DNA of 64,000 bases from NCBI GenBank assembly GCA_963740355.1, contig CAVUDW010000002.1:256001-320000 (forward strand). The letters run 5' to 3'. Shown piece after piece: positions 48,466 to 56,915 of this stretch (position 1 is the first letter of the stretch; every line of letters begins with the position of its first letter). Both the position numbers and the translations under genes were made by a program. Source of the stretch: an uncultured Gemmatimonadaceae bacterium (lineage in GTDB: Bacteria; Gemmatimonadota; Gemmatimonadetes; Gemmatimonadales; Gemmatimonadaceae). The notes below the pieces were generated by a model. The model had not been told where the DNA came from and made no database searches. It worked only from the letters and a program-made list of their open reading frames with translations.

Positions 48466-49707
48466 ATGATTCGTACCGTCCTGTTTTGGCTGCACCTCAC
48501 GGCAGGCGTCCTGGCCGGTGCGATCATCCTGATCATGTCCGTCACGGGCGTCCTGCTGACGTACGAGAAGCAGATGACGTACTGGGCTGACACAAAGCAG
48601 CTAGTGACTCTCAACGCGCCAGCAACGAAGCATTTGAGCGCCGACTCACTCGTTTCTCTCGCGAAGTCTGCGAAGCCTGGCAAGACGCCATCAGCCATCA
48701 CGCTGCGAGCCGATACGACGCAGCCGGCACAGGTCTCATTCGGCCAGGACGGCGTCATCTACCTCGATCCAACCACAGGCGCCGTCCTGGGCACCGGCAA
48801 TGCCGCCATGCGTGGCTTCTTCCGGTCAATGACTAGTTGGCACCGATGGCTCGCCGTCGAGGGGCCGAACCGCGGGATGTTTCGATCAGTGACCGGTGCC
48901 GCGAACCTGCTCTTCCTGATCTTGGTCCTGACAGGCATGGTCCTCTGGCTGCCGAAGACCTGGAGCTGGATCAAGGTCAGGGCCGTGCTCTGGTTCCGCT
49001 CCGGCCTCTCGGGCAAGGCGCGAGACTTCAACTGGCACAACGTGTTGGGGATCTGGAGTGCGGTCCCCCTGATCGCCATCGTCGCGTCAGGCGTAGTCAT
49101 CAGCTACCCGTGGGCAGGTGATCTCGTCTACAGGATCGCGGGCGAGGCACCACCGCCGCGGAATGCTGGCGGGCCTCCCGGTGGTGCTGGTCCGGAGCGC
49201 GGTCCAAGCGGTCCGAGCGGATCTGGCGAACCCCAGATGCGCGTTGGCAAGCCTGCAGCACAGCAGGCCGCTACGCCAGCACCATCGACCACCTACGCGG
49301 CCATGATCGCGACAGCAAGTACGCTGATGCCAGAATGGCGCGCAGTCACCCTTCAGGTGCCGAAAGACGGCGCCAAGACGGTCTCGGTCAGTCTCGACAA
49401 GGGCACCGGCGGGCAGCCACAGCTCCGCTCAACCGTGCAGCTCTCGTCAAGCGATGGGAGTGTCGCCAAGTATCAGCCGTTCGACAGCCTCAGCCCCGGC
49501 CGGCAGGCACGCAACGTCCTGCGATTCACCCACACAGGTGAAGTACTCGGCCTCTTCGGTCAGACGATCGCGGGGCTGGTGTCGCTGGCATCGGTCGTAC
49601 TGGTCGTGACGGGCATCATGCTTTCGATCCGCCGCGCCTCGCGGGCGATCGCGCGCCGCAACAACCCGCGCGCCTCAGCGGGCGCCGTCACCGCTCCGAC
49701 CAGCTGA
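48466..49707 (+). CDS. PepSY-associated TM-helix (iron-regulated membrane, PiuB-like) protein
   Basis: LFWLHLTAG, SVTGVLL, YLDPTTGAVLG, WHRWL, LTGMVLW, FNWHNVLG, RFTHTGEVLG. Confidence 0.9.
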   Translation: MIRTVLFWLHLTAGVLAGAIILIMSVTGVLLTYEKQMTYWADTKQLVTLNAPATKHLSADSLVSLAKSAKPGKTPSAITLRADTTQPAQVSFGQDGVIYLDPTTGAVLGTGNAAMRGFFRSMTSWHRWLAVEGPNRGMFRSVTGAANLLFLILVLTGMVLWLPKTWSWIKVRAVLWFRSGLSGKARDFNWHNVLGIWSAVPLIAIVASGVVISYPWAGDLVYRIAGEAPPPRNAGGPPGGAGPERGPSGPSGSGEPQMRVGKPAAQQAATPAPSTTYAAMIATASTLMPEWRAVTLQVPKDGAKTVSVSLDKGTGGQPQLRSTVQLSSSDGSVAKYQPFDSLSPGRQARNVLRFTHTGEVLGLFGQTIAGLVSLASVVLVVTGIMLSIRRASRAIARRNNPRASAGAVTAPTS

Positions 49708-50541
49708 ACAACCCGTCCACGCGCGAAGTGAATCCGTCACTGCGCTGAGCGCCAGTTTCGAGGCGACAAGGCCGTTGTGCGTCGCCTTCGGATCACGAAC
49801 GACCGCCCCATTCGCCTGCAGCCCGGCAATGAAGGCGTCGCTATCGCTGGCCTTGATCAGCAGGTCACGTCCACCGACGACGACCATCGAACGCCCCGGC
49901 ACCGCTGACGCATCCTCGATCGGATTGAACGCGAACGCGGTCGTGTCGAACAATCGCGGGCCAATCGCGCCGGCGCGGGCGCGCACCAGCGAGGAGATAC
50001 GCGTGAACGGCGACATGTAGACCGTCGCCGTGGGGTTGTTCTCCCGTGCAACACGGGCTGCCAGTGCCGTGCCCATGGAGTGGCCAACCACCACGATCGG
50101 CGCTGCGGAATCTGCGAGGCGCGCACGCAAGTCGCGGTAGGCGAGCGACGCGTCGGCGTACACTCCCGAGGTGGTCGGCTGGCCTGCAGACCCACCGTAG
50201 CCACGATAGTCCGGGATCAGCACGGAAAAGCCGGCCGCCTGCAGTGCGCGCCCGATCGGGAGCATCTGCGCGCGATTCTTCCCCTTGCCGTGCAGCACCA
50301 GCGCGCCGCCGCACGATGGAGCCCCAGTCGCTGCTGGCCCCCACCACGCAAGCAGACCACCGGCAGAATCGACCCGTGAAATGGTGTCGAGGCGCGCGTC
50401 AGCCCAGCCCCATGCATCAGGCGTCGATCGTTCGGCCCGGATATCCTTCGGCCGAAAGCCAATCGTGTTCGTGAGCGGCCCGCGCAGCACGCAGCCGGTC
50501 AGCGATGCGCTCATCAAACCGAACACGATGGCGCTCCGCAT
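49675..50541 (-). CDS. Lipoprotein alpha/beta-hydrolase
   Basis: MRSAIVFGLMSASLTGC (lipobox LTGC), LHGKG, PDYRGYGGS, GHSMG, ATHN. Alternative start GTG 50571 overlaps the lspA stop. The 3' end overlaps the convergent PepSY gene by 33 nt. Confidence 0.85.
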   Translation of the reverse strand: MRSAIVFGLMSASLTGCVLRGPLTNTIGFRPKDIRAERSTPDAWGWADARLDTISRVDSAGGLLAWWGPAATGAPSCGGALVLHGKGKNRAQMLPIGRALQAAGFSVLIPDYRGYGGSAGQPTTSGVYADASLAYRDLRARLADSAAPIVVVGHSMGTALAARVARENNPTATVYMSPFTRISSLVRARAGAIGPRLFDTTAFAFNPIEDASAVPGRSMVVVGGRDLLIKASDSDAFIAGLQANGAVVRDPKATHNGLVASKLALSAVTDSLRAWTGCSAGRSGDGAR

Positions 50542-50567
50542 TCGGTGCTCACCGGCGCCGCTGCCCG

Positions 50568-51098
50568 TCACGCCGAATCTGACCGGGATGATCCGCTGCT
50601 CGAACTCTCGAGTGTGTGCGGCGCGTGCGGTCGAAAGGCAAACCAGAGCACGATTGCGCCACAGGTGATCGCCATGTCGGCGACGTTGAAGATCCAGAAT
50701 CGTGTATCGCCGAAGCCGACGTCGATGAAATCCACCACGCCGCGATCCCAGCGAAGGCGATCGACGAGATTGCCCAGCGCGCCTGCGGCGACCAGCGCGA
50801 TACCAGTGAACATCACAGGATTCTCGCTCTTCGTCCGCACCAGCCAGGTGGCGATCGCGATCAGCATTGCCACTGCGATTCCCGCGAGGATCCAGCGCGA
50901 CCAGGCCCCCGCCGTCAGGCCCATGGCGGCGCGAACGTTGTAGGCGAGCGTGAAGCGCAGGACGTCGCCCAGCACGTCATGCGGCACGTAAGCCGGCGAA
51001 AGCTCAGCCACGGCGACGCGCTTGCTGACACAGTCGCTGAGAAAGACGCCGGCGAACAACGGCAGGAAGACACGGGCCTTGAGCGCTGCAAGCCGCAT
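50568..51098 (-). CDS. lspA: Lipoprotein signal peptidase II
   Basis: SDCVSK, GALGNLVDRL, VVDFID, FNVAD (both catalytic Asp present). ATG 51098 is preceded by GGAG. 176 aa. Confidence 0.93.
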   Translation of the reverse strand: MRLAALKARVFLPLFAGVFLSDCVSKRVAVAELSPAYVPHDVLGDVLRFTLAYNVRAAMGLTAGAWSRWILAGIAVAMLIAIATWLVRTKSENPVMFTGIALVAAGALGNLVDRLRWDRGVVDFIDVGFGDTRFWIFNVADMAITCGAIVLWFAFRPHAPHTLESSSSGSSRSDSA

Positions 51099-51317
51099 TG
51101 GGGTCACTCCGGGGAGTCGACCCCTGCCGACCGAATGGTCTGCGCCCGGGGTGCGAGTGGACTGAAATACACTCACGGTCGGGCAGGGTTTCCACCAGGG
51201 CGAGGGCGCCGCAGGTGTTGGGGCCAATCCAGCATTGCCCCGGCCGGCGCCGTTGCTTCGTTTGTTGTGGCGCGGCCGTGGGGCCGCCTGATTCGTCCCC
51301 GACACCGGTTCCAGGTC

Positions 51318-54300
51318 ATGAGTCTTCGTCGCAGCCTCGCGCTCCTCATCGCAGTTGTCCCGGCGCTCGGTGGGCAAGCGGTCGCAAGGACGCCGTTCAC
51401 CGCCGCCGACGCCCTCGGCATCACGACGGCGCAGGTCGCCGACCTGTCGGCCGATGGCCGATGGTTGCTGCTGACCACCGCCACGCGACGGGACGGACTC
51501 GGTGTCGACTATCGCCGCGATACCGACCCGACCTACATCCGCGTCAGCCCTGCGCAACTGAGCCTGATCGACACCCGCGATGGCGCAGAGCGGAAGGTGT
51601 TCGCAGCCAAGGAGACCGTGCGATCGGCCGTGCTGTCGCCTGATGGGAGTCGCGTCGGTGTGCTCGTGCTACGCAACGACAAGTTCGAGCCGGTGATCTG
51701 GGACCGCACGACCGGACGCGCTCGCACCCTGCCGGTGCCGGCCGGCTTCTACGTAGCGGAAGGCAGCGACGTGAAGTGGAGTGGTGATGGCACGCGCATC
51801 CTCGTGTCGCTCCACACCGATGCCTGGAAGCGAGAAGCGTCCGCCGAGTTCGCGCGGATGACACGCGGCCCGGTGTTCGTGCAGGACGGCACGGATCCAT
51901 TTCTGGCGTGGGACAAGATTCGGCGCGAAGGGAACGTGCGTTCGGTGTGGAGCCTCGATGTTCGGACCGGGAAAGCCACCGAGCTGCTCCCGAATGCGAT
52001 GTACGCCTCGTACCAGCTCTCCGAAGACGATTCGCTGATCACCTGGCAGGCCGACATCACGAAGAAGACCGACTACGACGTGATCTTCGGTAGCGACAAT
52101 CGCCTGATGGCACAGCGCCTCTCAGGTGGGCAGCCGATGCAGTTGCTGGCCTCGACCAAGGGGCTGTCGCCAGTGTGGGCGCGCGACGGCAAGCGCTTCG
52201 CCTTCGCGAAGGACGGCCGAGTGTATGTGCGCAGCATCAGCGACTCGGTGGCGCGCCAGGTGGCCGGCCCCGACTCTGCGACCGCCGCCAGGACCGCCAG
52301 CGACACCAGCCCGGCCGCCCGCGCCGCTCGGGCACTCACGCGCTACTCCGTCATGCGTTGGTCGCCGACCGGTGATGCACTGTTGCTCTCGAATCCGCAC
52401 GGACTCTGGCTCGCACCGCTGGCGCAGGGCGCGATGACGCTGGTCATCGCCACCAATGACACCGTGCCGACCACACCTCGTGTGTCGCCGGCCGCGTGGA
52501 GCGACGATGGACGCTACCTGTACCTCACATCGGCGTCCCGCAGCACGTGGGAGCGCGGTGTGATCCGCTTCGATCGCGCCACCGGCCAGACGACGACGCT
52601 GGTGCGCGACGCACGACTCTACGGAAACATCCGACTCGCGAAGTCCGGCACCGTGCTGGTGTACTCGTCAGGTGATGGCAACCGCCCGCAGGAGGTGTAC
52701 GTCGCGGATGGCGCGATGGCCGGTGAGCGTCGGCTCACCACGCTCAATCCGGGCATCGAGCTCAAGACGCTCGGTTCAACGCGACTGATCAACTATCACG
52801 ATGCGGACGGCAAGACGCGGTACGGCGTCGTCTACCTGCCCGCCGGCTACACGAAGGAACGTCGGTACCCAACATTGTTCAGCGTCTATGAAGACTTCTT
52901 CGACGACACGTTCGATGCATCACTGAACGTCCTCTCGTCGCAGGGATACGTCGTCGTGAAGCCGTCGGTCGGCTTCGAGACCGGCTATCCTGGCGAGGCG
53001 TGGTTGAAGGGTGTCACGGCATCTGCCAACGCGCTGATCGAGGCGGGCATCGCGGACTCGTCGAAGCTCGGGGTGTACGGCACCAGCTACGGCGGATACG
53101 CCACCAACCTGCTCATCACACAGACCAGTCGCTTCCGCGCCGCCGTCAACGTTTCGGGCAAGGTGGACATGGTGTCGTTCTACACCGACTCGCCACGCCT
53201 TGGCGTTCGCAACATCCACGCAGCCGAGAAGAGCCAGGATCGCATCGGCGCAACACTCTGGCAGGCGCCGCAGAAGTACATCGCGCACTCGGCCATCTTC
53301 TTCGCCGATCGGATCTCCACGCCACTGCTGCTGATCACTGGCGCCCAGGATCCGAACGTACCGGCCGACAATACGCGCGAGATGTACTACGCACTGCGGC
53401 GCCTCGGCAAGCCGGTAACGTGGGTCAACTACATGAACTCCGGCCACGGTACACCAGGCACCACGGCCGAAGATTTCATCGACTATCACACGCGCATTTC
53501 CGCCTTCTTCGATCGCTACCTGAAGGGCAATGGCGCGGGTGGCGTGGTCGAGGCGACCTCACTCACCGGCCAACCGCTGTACCGCCCGGAGCCGACCGGT
53601 GCCGCGCGCGAAAAGATGGAAGCGCAGCTCGATACCGCGCGTCGTGCGTGGGAGCATACGCCGACCAATATCGACTCCACCATCTGGCTCGGTCGCCGCA
53701 CCGCGTACCTCGGTCGGTTCAACGAGGCCATCGACATCTATACGAAAGGCATTGCTGAACATCCTGACGACGCGCGACTCTACCGCCATCGCGGGCATCG
53801 GTACCTCACCACACGTCAACTCCCGAAGGCGATCGCTGATTTCGAGAAGGCGTACGCACTGACGAAGGGGAAGCCGGATCAGGTCGAGCCGGACGGCCAG
53901 CCGAATGCGCGCAACATTCCGACCAGCACGCTCCAGGGCAACATTCGCTATCACCTCGGGTTGGCCTATTACCTGAGTGGCCAGTTCGACAAGGCGTTGC
54001 CGTTGTATCGCGAAGATATCGCGGCGTCGAAGGGCAACCCGGACATGCTGGTCGCCACCAGCCACTGGCTCTACATGGCACTGCGACGGCTCAATCGCGC
54101 CGATGACGCTGCCGCAGTGCTGGCGCCGATCACCGCCAACATGGATGTGATCGAGAATGGGGCGTATCACCGCCTGCTGCTGCTCTACAAGGGCGAGCTG
54201 ACGGAAGCGGACCTGATGCGCAACTTCGGCCCCGACGGCAACCTGCAGGACATCACGACCGCCTACGGTGTCGGGAACTGGCACCTCTACAACGGACGTA

Positions 54301-54410
54301 CCGCGCGTGCCGATGAAATCTTTGCTCAGATCGTCGCTGTGCAATCACAGTGGGCGAGCTTCGGGTATCTGACTGCTGAAGCCGAGCGCGCTCGGCGCGT
54401 CACGCAATAG
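51318..54410 (+). CDS. Secreted S9 (prolyl-oligopeptidase family) peptidase with C-terminal TPR domain
   Basis: Signal peptide MSLRRSLALLIAVV, beta-propeller repeats (SPDG, WSGDG, WSPTG), GTSYGGY nucleophile, QDPNVP, SGHG. TPR-like helices follow from about 53560. Confidence 0.88.
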   Translation: MSLRRSLALLIAVVPALGGQAVARTPFTAADALGITTAQVADLSADGRWLLLTTATRRDGLGVDYRRDTDPTYIRVSPAQLSLIDTRDGAERKVFAAKETVRSAVLSPDGSRVGVLVLRNDKFEPVIWDRTTGRARTLPVPAGFYVAEGSDVKWSGDGTRILVSLHTDAWKREASAEFARMTRGPVFVQDGTDPFLAWDKIRREGNVRSVWSLDVRTGKATELLPNAMYASYQLSEDDSLITWQADITKKTDYDVIFGSDNRLMAQRLSGGQPMQLLASTKGLSPVWARDGKRFAFAKDGRVYVRSISDSVARQVAGPDSATAARTASDTSPAARAARALTRYSVMRWSPTGDALLLSNPHGLWLAPLAQGAMTLVIATNDTVPTTPRVSPAAWSDDGRYLYLTSASRSTWERGVIRFDRATGQTTTLVRDARLYGNIRLAKSGTVLVYSSGDGNRPQEVYVADGAMAGERRLTTLNPGIELKTLGSTRLINYHDADGKTRYGVVYLPAGYTKERRYPTLFSVYEDFFDDTFDASLNVLSSQGYVVVKPSVGFETGYPGEAWLKGVTASANALIEAGIADSSKLGVYGTSYGGYATNLLITQTSRFRAAVNVSGKVDMVSFYTDSPRLGVRNIHAAEKSQDRIGATLWQAPQKYIAHSAIFFADRISTPLLLITGAQDPNVPADNTREMYYALRRLGKPVTWVNYMNSGHGTPGTTAEDFIDYHTRISAFFDRYLKGNGAGGVVEATSLTGQPLYRPEPTGAAREKMEAQLDTARRAWEHTPTNIDSTIWLGRRTAYLGRFNEAIDIYTKGIAEHPDDARLYRHRGHRYLTTRQLPKAIADFEKAYALTKGKPDQVEPDGQPNARNIPTSTLQGNIRYHLGLAYYLSGQFDKALPLYREDIAASKGNPDMLVATSHWLYMALRRLNRADDAAAVLAPITANMDVIENGAYHRLLLLYKGELTEADLMRNFGPDGNLQDITTAYGVGNWHLYNGRTARADEIFAQIVAVQSQWASFGYLTAEAERARRVTQ

Positions 54411-54422
54411 CAGTCGTCGGTT

Positions 54423-54878
54423 TCACGGCGGCGGTGGTGGTCCCCGATCATCATCGCGCCGCAGCGGCGGCCCGTCGCGCGGTCCGGGGCGACCGTCGCG
54501 CCCTCGACGCGGCGCAGCGCCATCACGTCGGTCTGGTGCAAACCGCGCCAGGCGTTCGCGCTGACTGTCATCTAGCAGCGGATTCAATCGCGCCTTGAGC
54601 GTGTCGATCGTGGCGCGCATCGCACTGTCATGCACGCGGCGCATCGAGATGTTCTGCTGCGCGGTGGCTTCCACGATCGGGCGAATCACATTCCACTGTG
54701 AATCACTGGTGGGCCGGATGACCTCCTGCACACGCTCGATCAGGCCGCCGGGGCGACGGATGTCATTCACGCGCGCGAATCGCCGCTCCTGCATCGCACC
54801 GGCACTGAGCAGGCCGATGGCGATGCCGAGCAACAAGGTGACGATGAGCAGCACCCAGGCGCGAACGGAAGCGGTCAT
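54423..54878 (-). CDS. Membrane-anchored periplasmic helical protein (Spy/CpxP- or heavy-metal-sensor-like)
   Basis: N-terminal TM (AWVLLIVTLLLGIAIG), PTSDSQW and LLDDSQRERL (LTxxQ-like), Pro/Arg-rich tail. Lies downstream of the ECF/anti-sigma genes. Confidence 0.65.
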   Translation of the reverse strand: MTASVRAWVLLIVTLLLGIAIGLLSAGAMQERRFARVNDIRRPGGLIERVQEVIRPTSDSQWNVIRPIVEATAQQNISMRRVHDSAMRATIDTLKARLNPLLDDSQRERLARFAPDRRDGAAPRRGRDGRPGPRDGPPLRRDDDRGPPPPP

Positions 54879-54888
54879 GTGGTGCTCA

Positions 54889-55299
54889 TCACTGGAAGGC
54901 CTCGGACGTGGAAGACAGCACTGATTCGGCAGATACCGGCTGGAGGCCAATCGCGGCCTCGAGGATCGAGGCGTCATCCGCACGCGCAATCACGGTGTTG
55001 TGCACGCCGAGTGCGACGATTGCGAGCGCTGCCGCCGCCGCCAGCACCCGAAAGCTGCGTTGCATGGCCTTCACCCGAACCACTGCGGGTGGCGTGACCA
55101 CACGGGCTGCCGCGAGGCGCGCCATGGTGCGATCGGCAAAGCCGGCGGCGAAGTCGGCCGGCGGCATCGCGCTGCGAAGCAGGTTGCCCGCTCGCCGCGT
55201 CGCCAGTTCGTCGGCGCCGTCGGCGTTGACGGGATCGTCGCCGTGATTGCCGCTGTGATTGCCGCTGTGCTGGTCGCTCATCGCATCATCGCTCATCAT
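54889..55299 (-). CDS. Putative single-TM anti-sigma factor
   Basis: ATGA overlap with the ECF sigma stop, FAAGFADRTMARL motif, one TM (LAAAAALAIVALGV). Confidence 0.65.
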   Translation of the reverse strand: MMSDDAMSDQHSGNHSGNHGDDPVNADGADELATRRAGNLLRSAMPPADFAAGFADRTMARLAAARVVTPPAVVRVKAMQRSFRVLAAAAALAIVALGVHNTVIARADDASILEAAIGLQPVSAESVLSSTSEAFQ

Positions 55300-55862
55300 T
55301 CTGTGAACTCCTCCCACACCGGGCCCAGTGTCACGCGCAGCTGCTGCACGGCGCGTGACAATCGTGAGAGGACCGTCCCCTCCGGCACCTGCAGGATCTC
55401 TGCCGTCTCTCTGGTGCTGCGTTCCTCGAGCAGTCGCAGCACCACCACGGCACGATGATCCGGACGAAGACTATCAAGCGCTTCGCGAATGCGTCGTGCC
55501 TGGCCGTCGTCGCCAGCGCTGACCTGCGCCGCCGGATCCACCGCCTGTGCCAGCGCGGTGTCGTCGCTCACGAATCGCAGCTCGCGGCGCCGCGTGCTCC
55601 GAAGGGCATTCAAGGCACAGCTCATCGCAATTCGCACCAGGTACGTCCGCACCGACGACTCGCCGCGAAAGGAATCGAGCGACTGGTAGAAGCGGACAAA
55701 CGCCTCCTGACCGACATCATCGGCATCGTCGCGTGAGCCGAGCATGCCGAACACCGTGCGCGCGACTGCCGCCTGGTGACGTTCCACCAGGCGACGGAAG
55801 GCGTCGTCGTCACCGTTGCGGGCGCGAGCGACCAGTGCGGCATCATCGTCGGTTTCGATCAC
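55296..55862 (-). CDS. ECF RNA polymerase sigma factor
   Basis: DDAALVARARNGDDDAFRRLVERH, DADDVGQEAF, FRGESSVRTYLVRI, region 4 ETAEILQVPEGTVLSRLSRA. Confidence 0.93.
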   Translation of the reverse strand: MIETDDDAALVARARNGDDDAFRRLVERHQAAVARTVFGMLGSRDDADDVGQEAFVRFYQSLDSFRGESSVRTYLVRIAMSCALNALRSTRRRELRFVSDDTALAQAVDPAAQVSAGDDGQARRIREALDSLRPDHRAVVVLRLLEERSTRETAEILQVPEGTVLSRLSRAVQQLRVTLGPVWEEFTE

Positions 55863-55919
55863 GTGTGTGGCGGGGAGTGTAGCCCCGCGATCGGTTGATC
55901 GGGGGCTGGACGGTCCTCG

Positions 55920-56483
55920 TCAGCGCTGGCTGCCGTTGGTGCTGGCGCCGTCGCGGTCGTTCGGTGGGCCACGACGGTCATCGCGCGGGGGGCCGCGCCG
56001 CCCGTCATCGCGCCCATCGCGATCGTCACGTCCGCGGAATCCGCGGCGCGGTCCGTCGTGACCACGCCCACCACGGCCGCCGCGATCCATCCGGGCGCGC
56101 ATGGCGTCGTGCTTCAGCTTCTGGTCGGGTGTCAGGATCGCCGCCAGCGCCTTCTGGTTGGCGGTCCGGCGCGTTTCCATCGCCGCGCGTTCCGCATCAC
56201 GCTCGGCGACCCGGCGCGCGAGCACCGAATCCATGCCGCGCTGTTCGGCATTGAGCAGCGCCTTGACCTTGTTGGCCTGTTCAGCCGAGAGGCTGAGCTC
56301 CGTGGTCATGCGCTGCACACGTTCGTCCACCGACGGTGGCCCGCGGCGCGTTGGTCCGGGTCCGCGCTGTCCGGCCGCTGGCGGCGGCGGGGTCGTGCCC
56401 TGCTGCGCCTGCACTGGCGCGCTCTGGACGAGGGCGGCCGCCATCATGGCGAAGGCCGTGGCAAGTGTCTTCCGGTTGGTCAT
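55920..56483 (-). CDS. Secreted Spy/CpxP-like (LTxxQ) protein with low-complexity RG-rich tail
   Basis: Signal peptide ending VQA-QQ, LSLSAEQ and ILTPDQ motifs, GGAG RBS upstream. Confidence 0.75.
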   Translation of the reverse strand: MTNRKTLATAFAMMAAALVQSAPVQAQQGTTPPPPAAGQRGPGPTRRGPPSVDERVQRMTTELSLSAEQANKVKALLNAEQRGMDSVLARRVAERDAERAAMETRRTANQKALAAILTPDQKLKHDAMRARMDRGGRGGRGHDGPRRGFRGRDDRDGRDDGRRGPPRDDRRGPPNDRDGASTNGSQR

Positions 56484-56603
56484 CTGCGAGCCTCAGGAGA
56501 GGTGAAGGGCGTGGTGGGAGTGGGACACATTCGGTCCGCACATTCGACACCGGCCACGCTTCCTTCATTCCATCCCGATTGCCCTGCGCTTTGCGGCCGG
56601 AAG

Positions 56604-56896
56604 AAACAGCAGTGGGGGCGGGAGGCCACGGAGCTCACGGAGTAGCGTCACTAGCGCTCGCCGTCGTTTCGCCGCCATTCCAAACAGCAATGGGGTGGGA
56701 GGCCACGGAGCTCACGGAGTAGCTACCGTTGCGACCACCCGTGCAACGCCAGCCATTTCTGACGAGGTAAAGAGGGAACAGCAGTTCTCCTCCAATTAGA
56801 TGGCCGCGATAAGCGGACGCCTCGCCCTTGGAGCTACTCCGTGAGCTCCGTGGCCTCCCGCTCCCATTGCAGTTGCAGTTAGCAGTTGCAGTTGCC
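56604..56896. repeat. Intergenic repeat cluster: three identical 26-nt units (two direct, one inverted) plus a GCAGTT tandem
   Basis: GGAGGCCACGGAGCTCACGGAGTAGC at 56621-56646 and 56698-56723, exact reverse complement at 56833-56858, about four GCAGTT units at 56869-56894. Confidence 0.9.
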
Positions 56897-56915
56897 GTGG
56901 GAGCGGAGGCAGCGA

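Noticed and set aside
50616..51557. ORF-track extended starts for the S9 peptidase (50616) and lspA (51557)
   Set aside because: They overlap each other on opposite strands; signal peptide and RBS evidence favour ATG 51318 and ATG 51098.
55240..56090. Short repeats in the anti-sigma (HSGN twice) and Spy-like gene (RDD/RGG)
   Set aside because: Low-complexity coding sequence, not an independent element.
56604..56860. Possible mini CRISPR array
   Set aside because: Only two direct copies, the third is inverted, spacers are unequal (51 and about 109 nt), and no cas genes are present.
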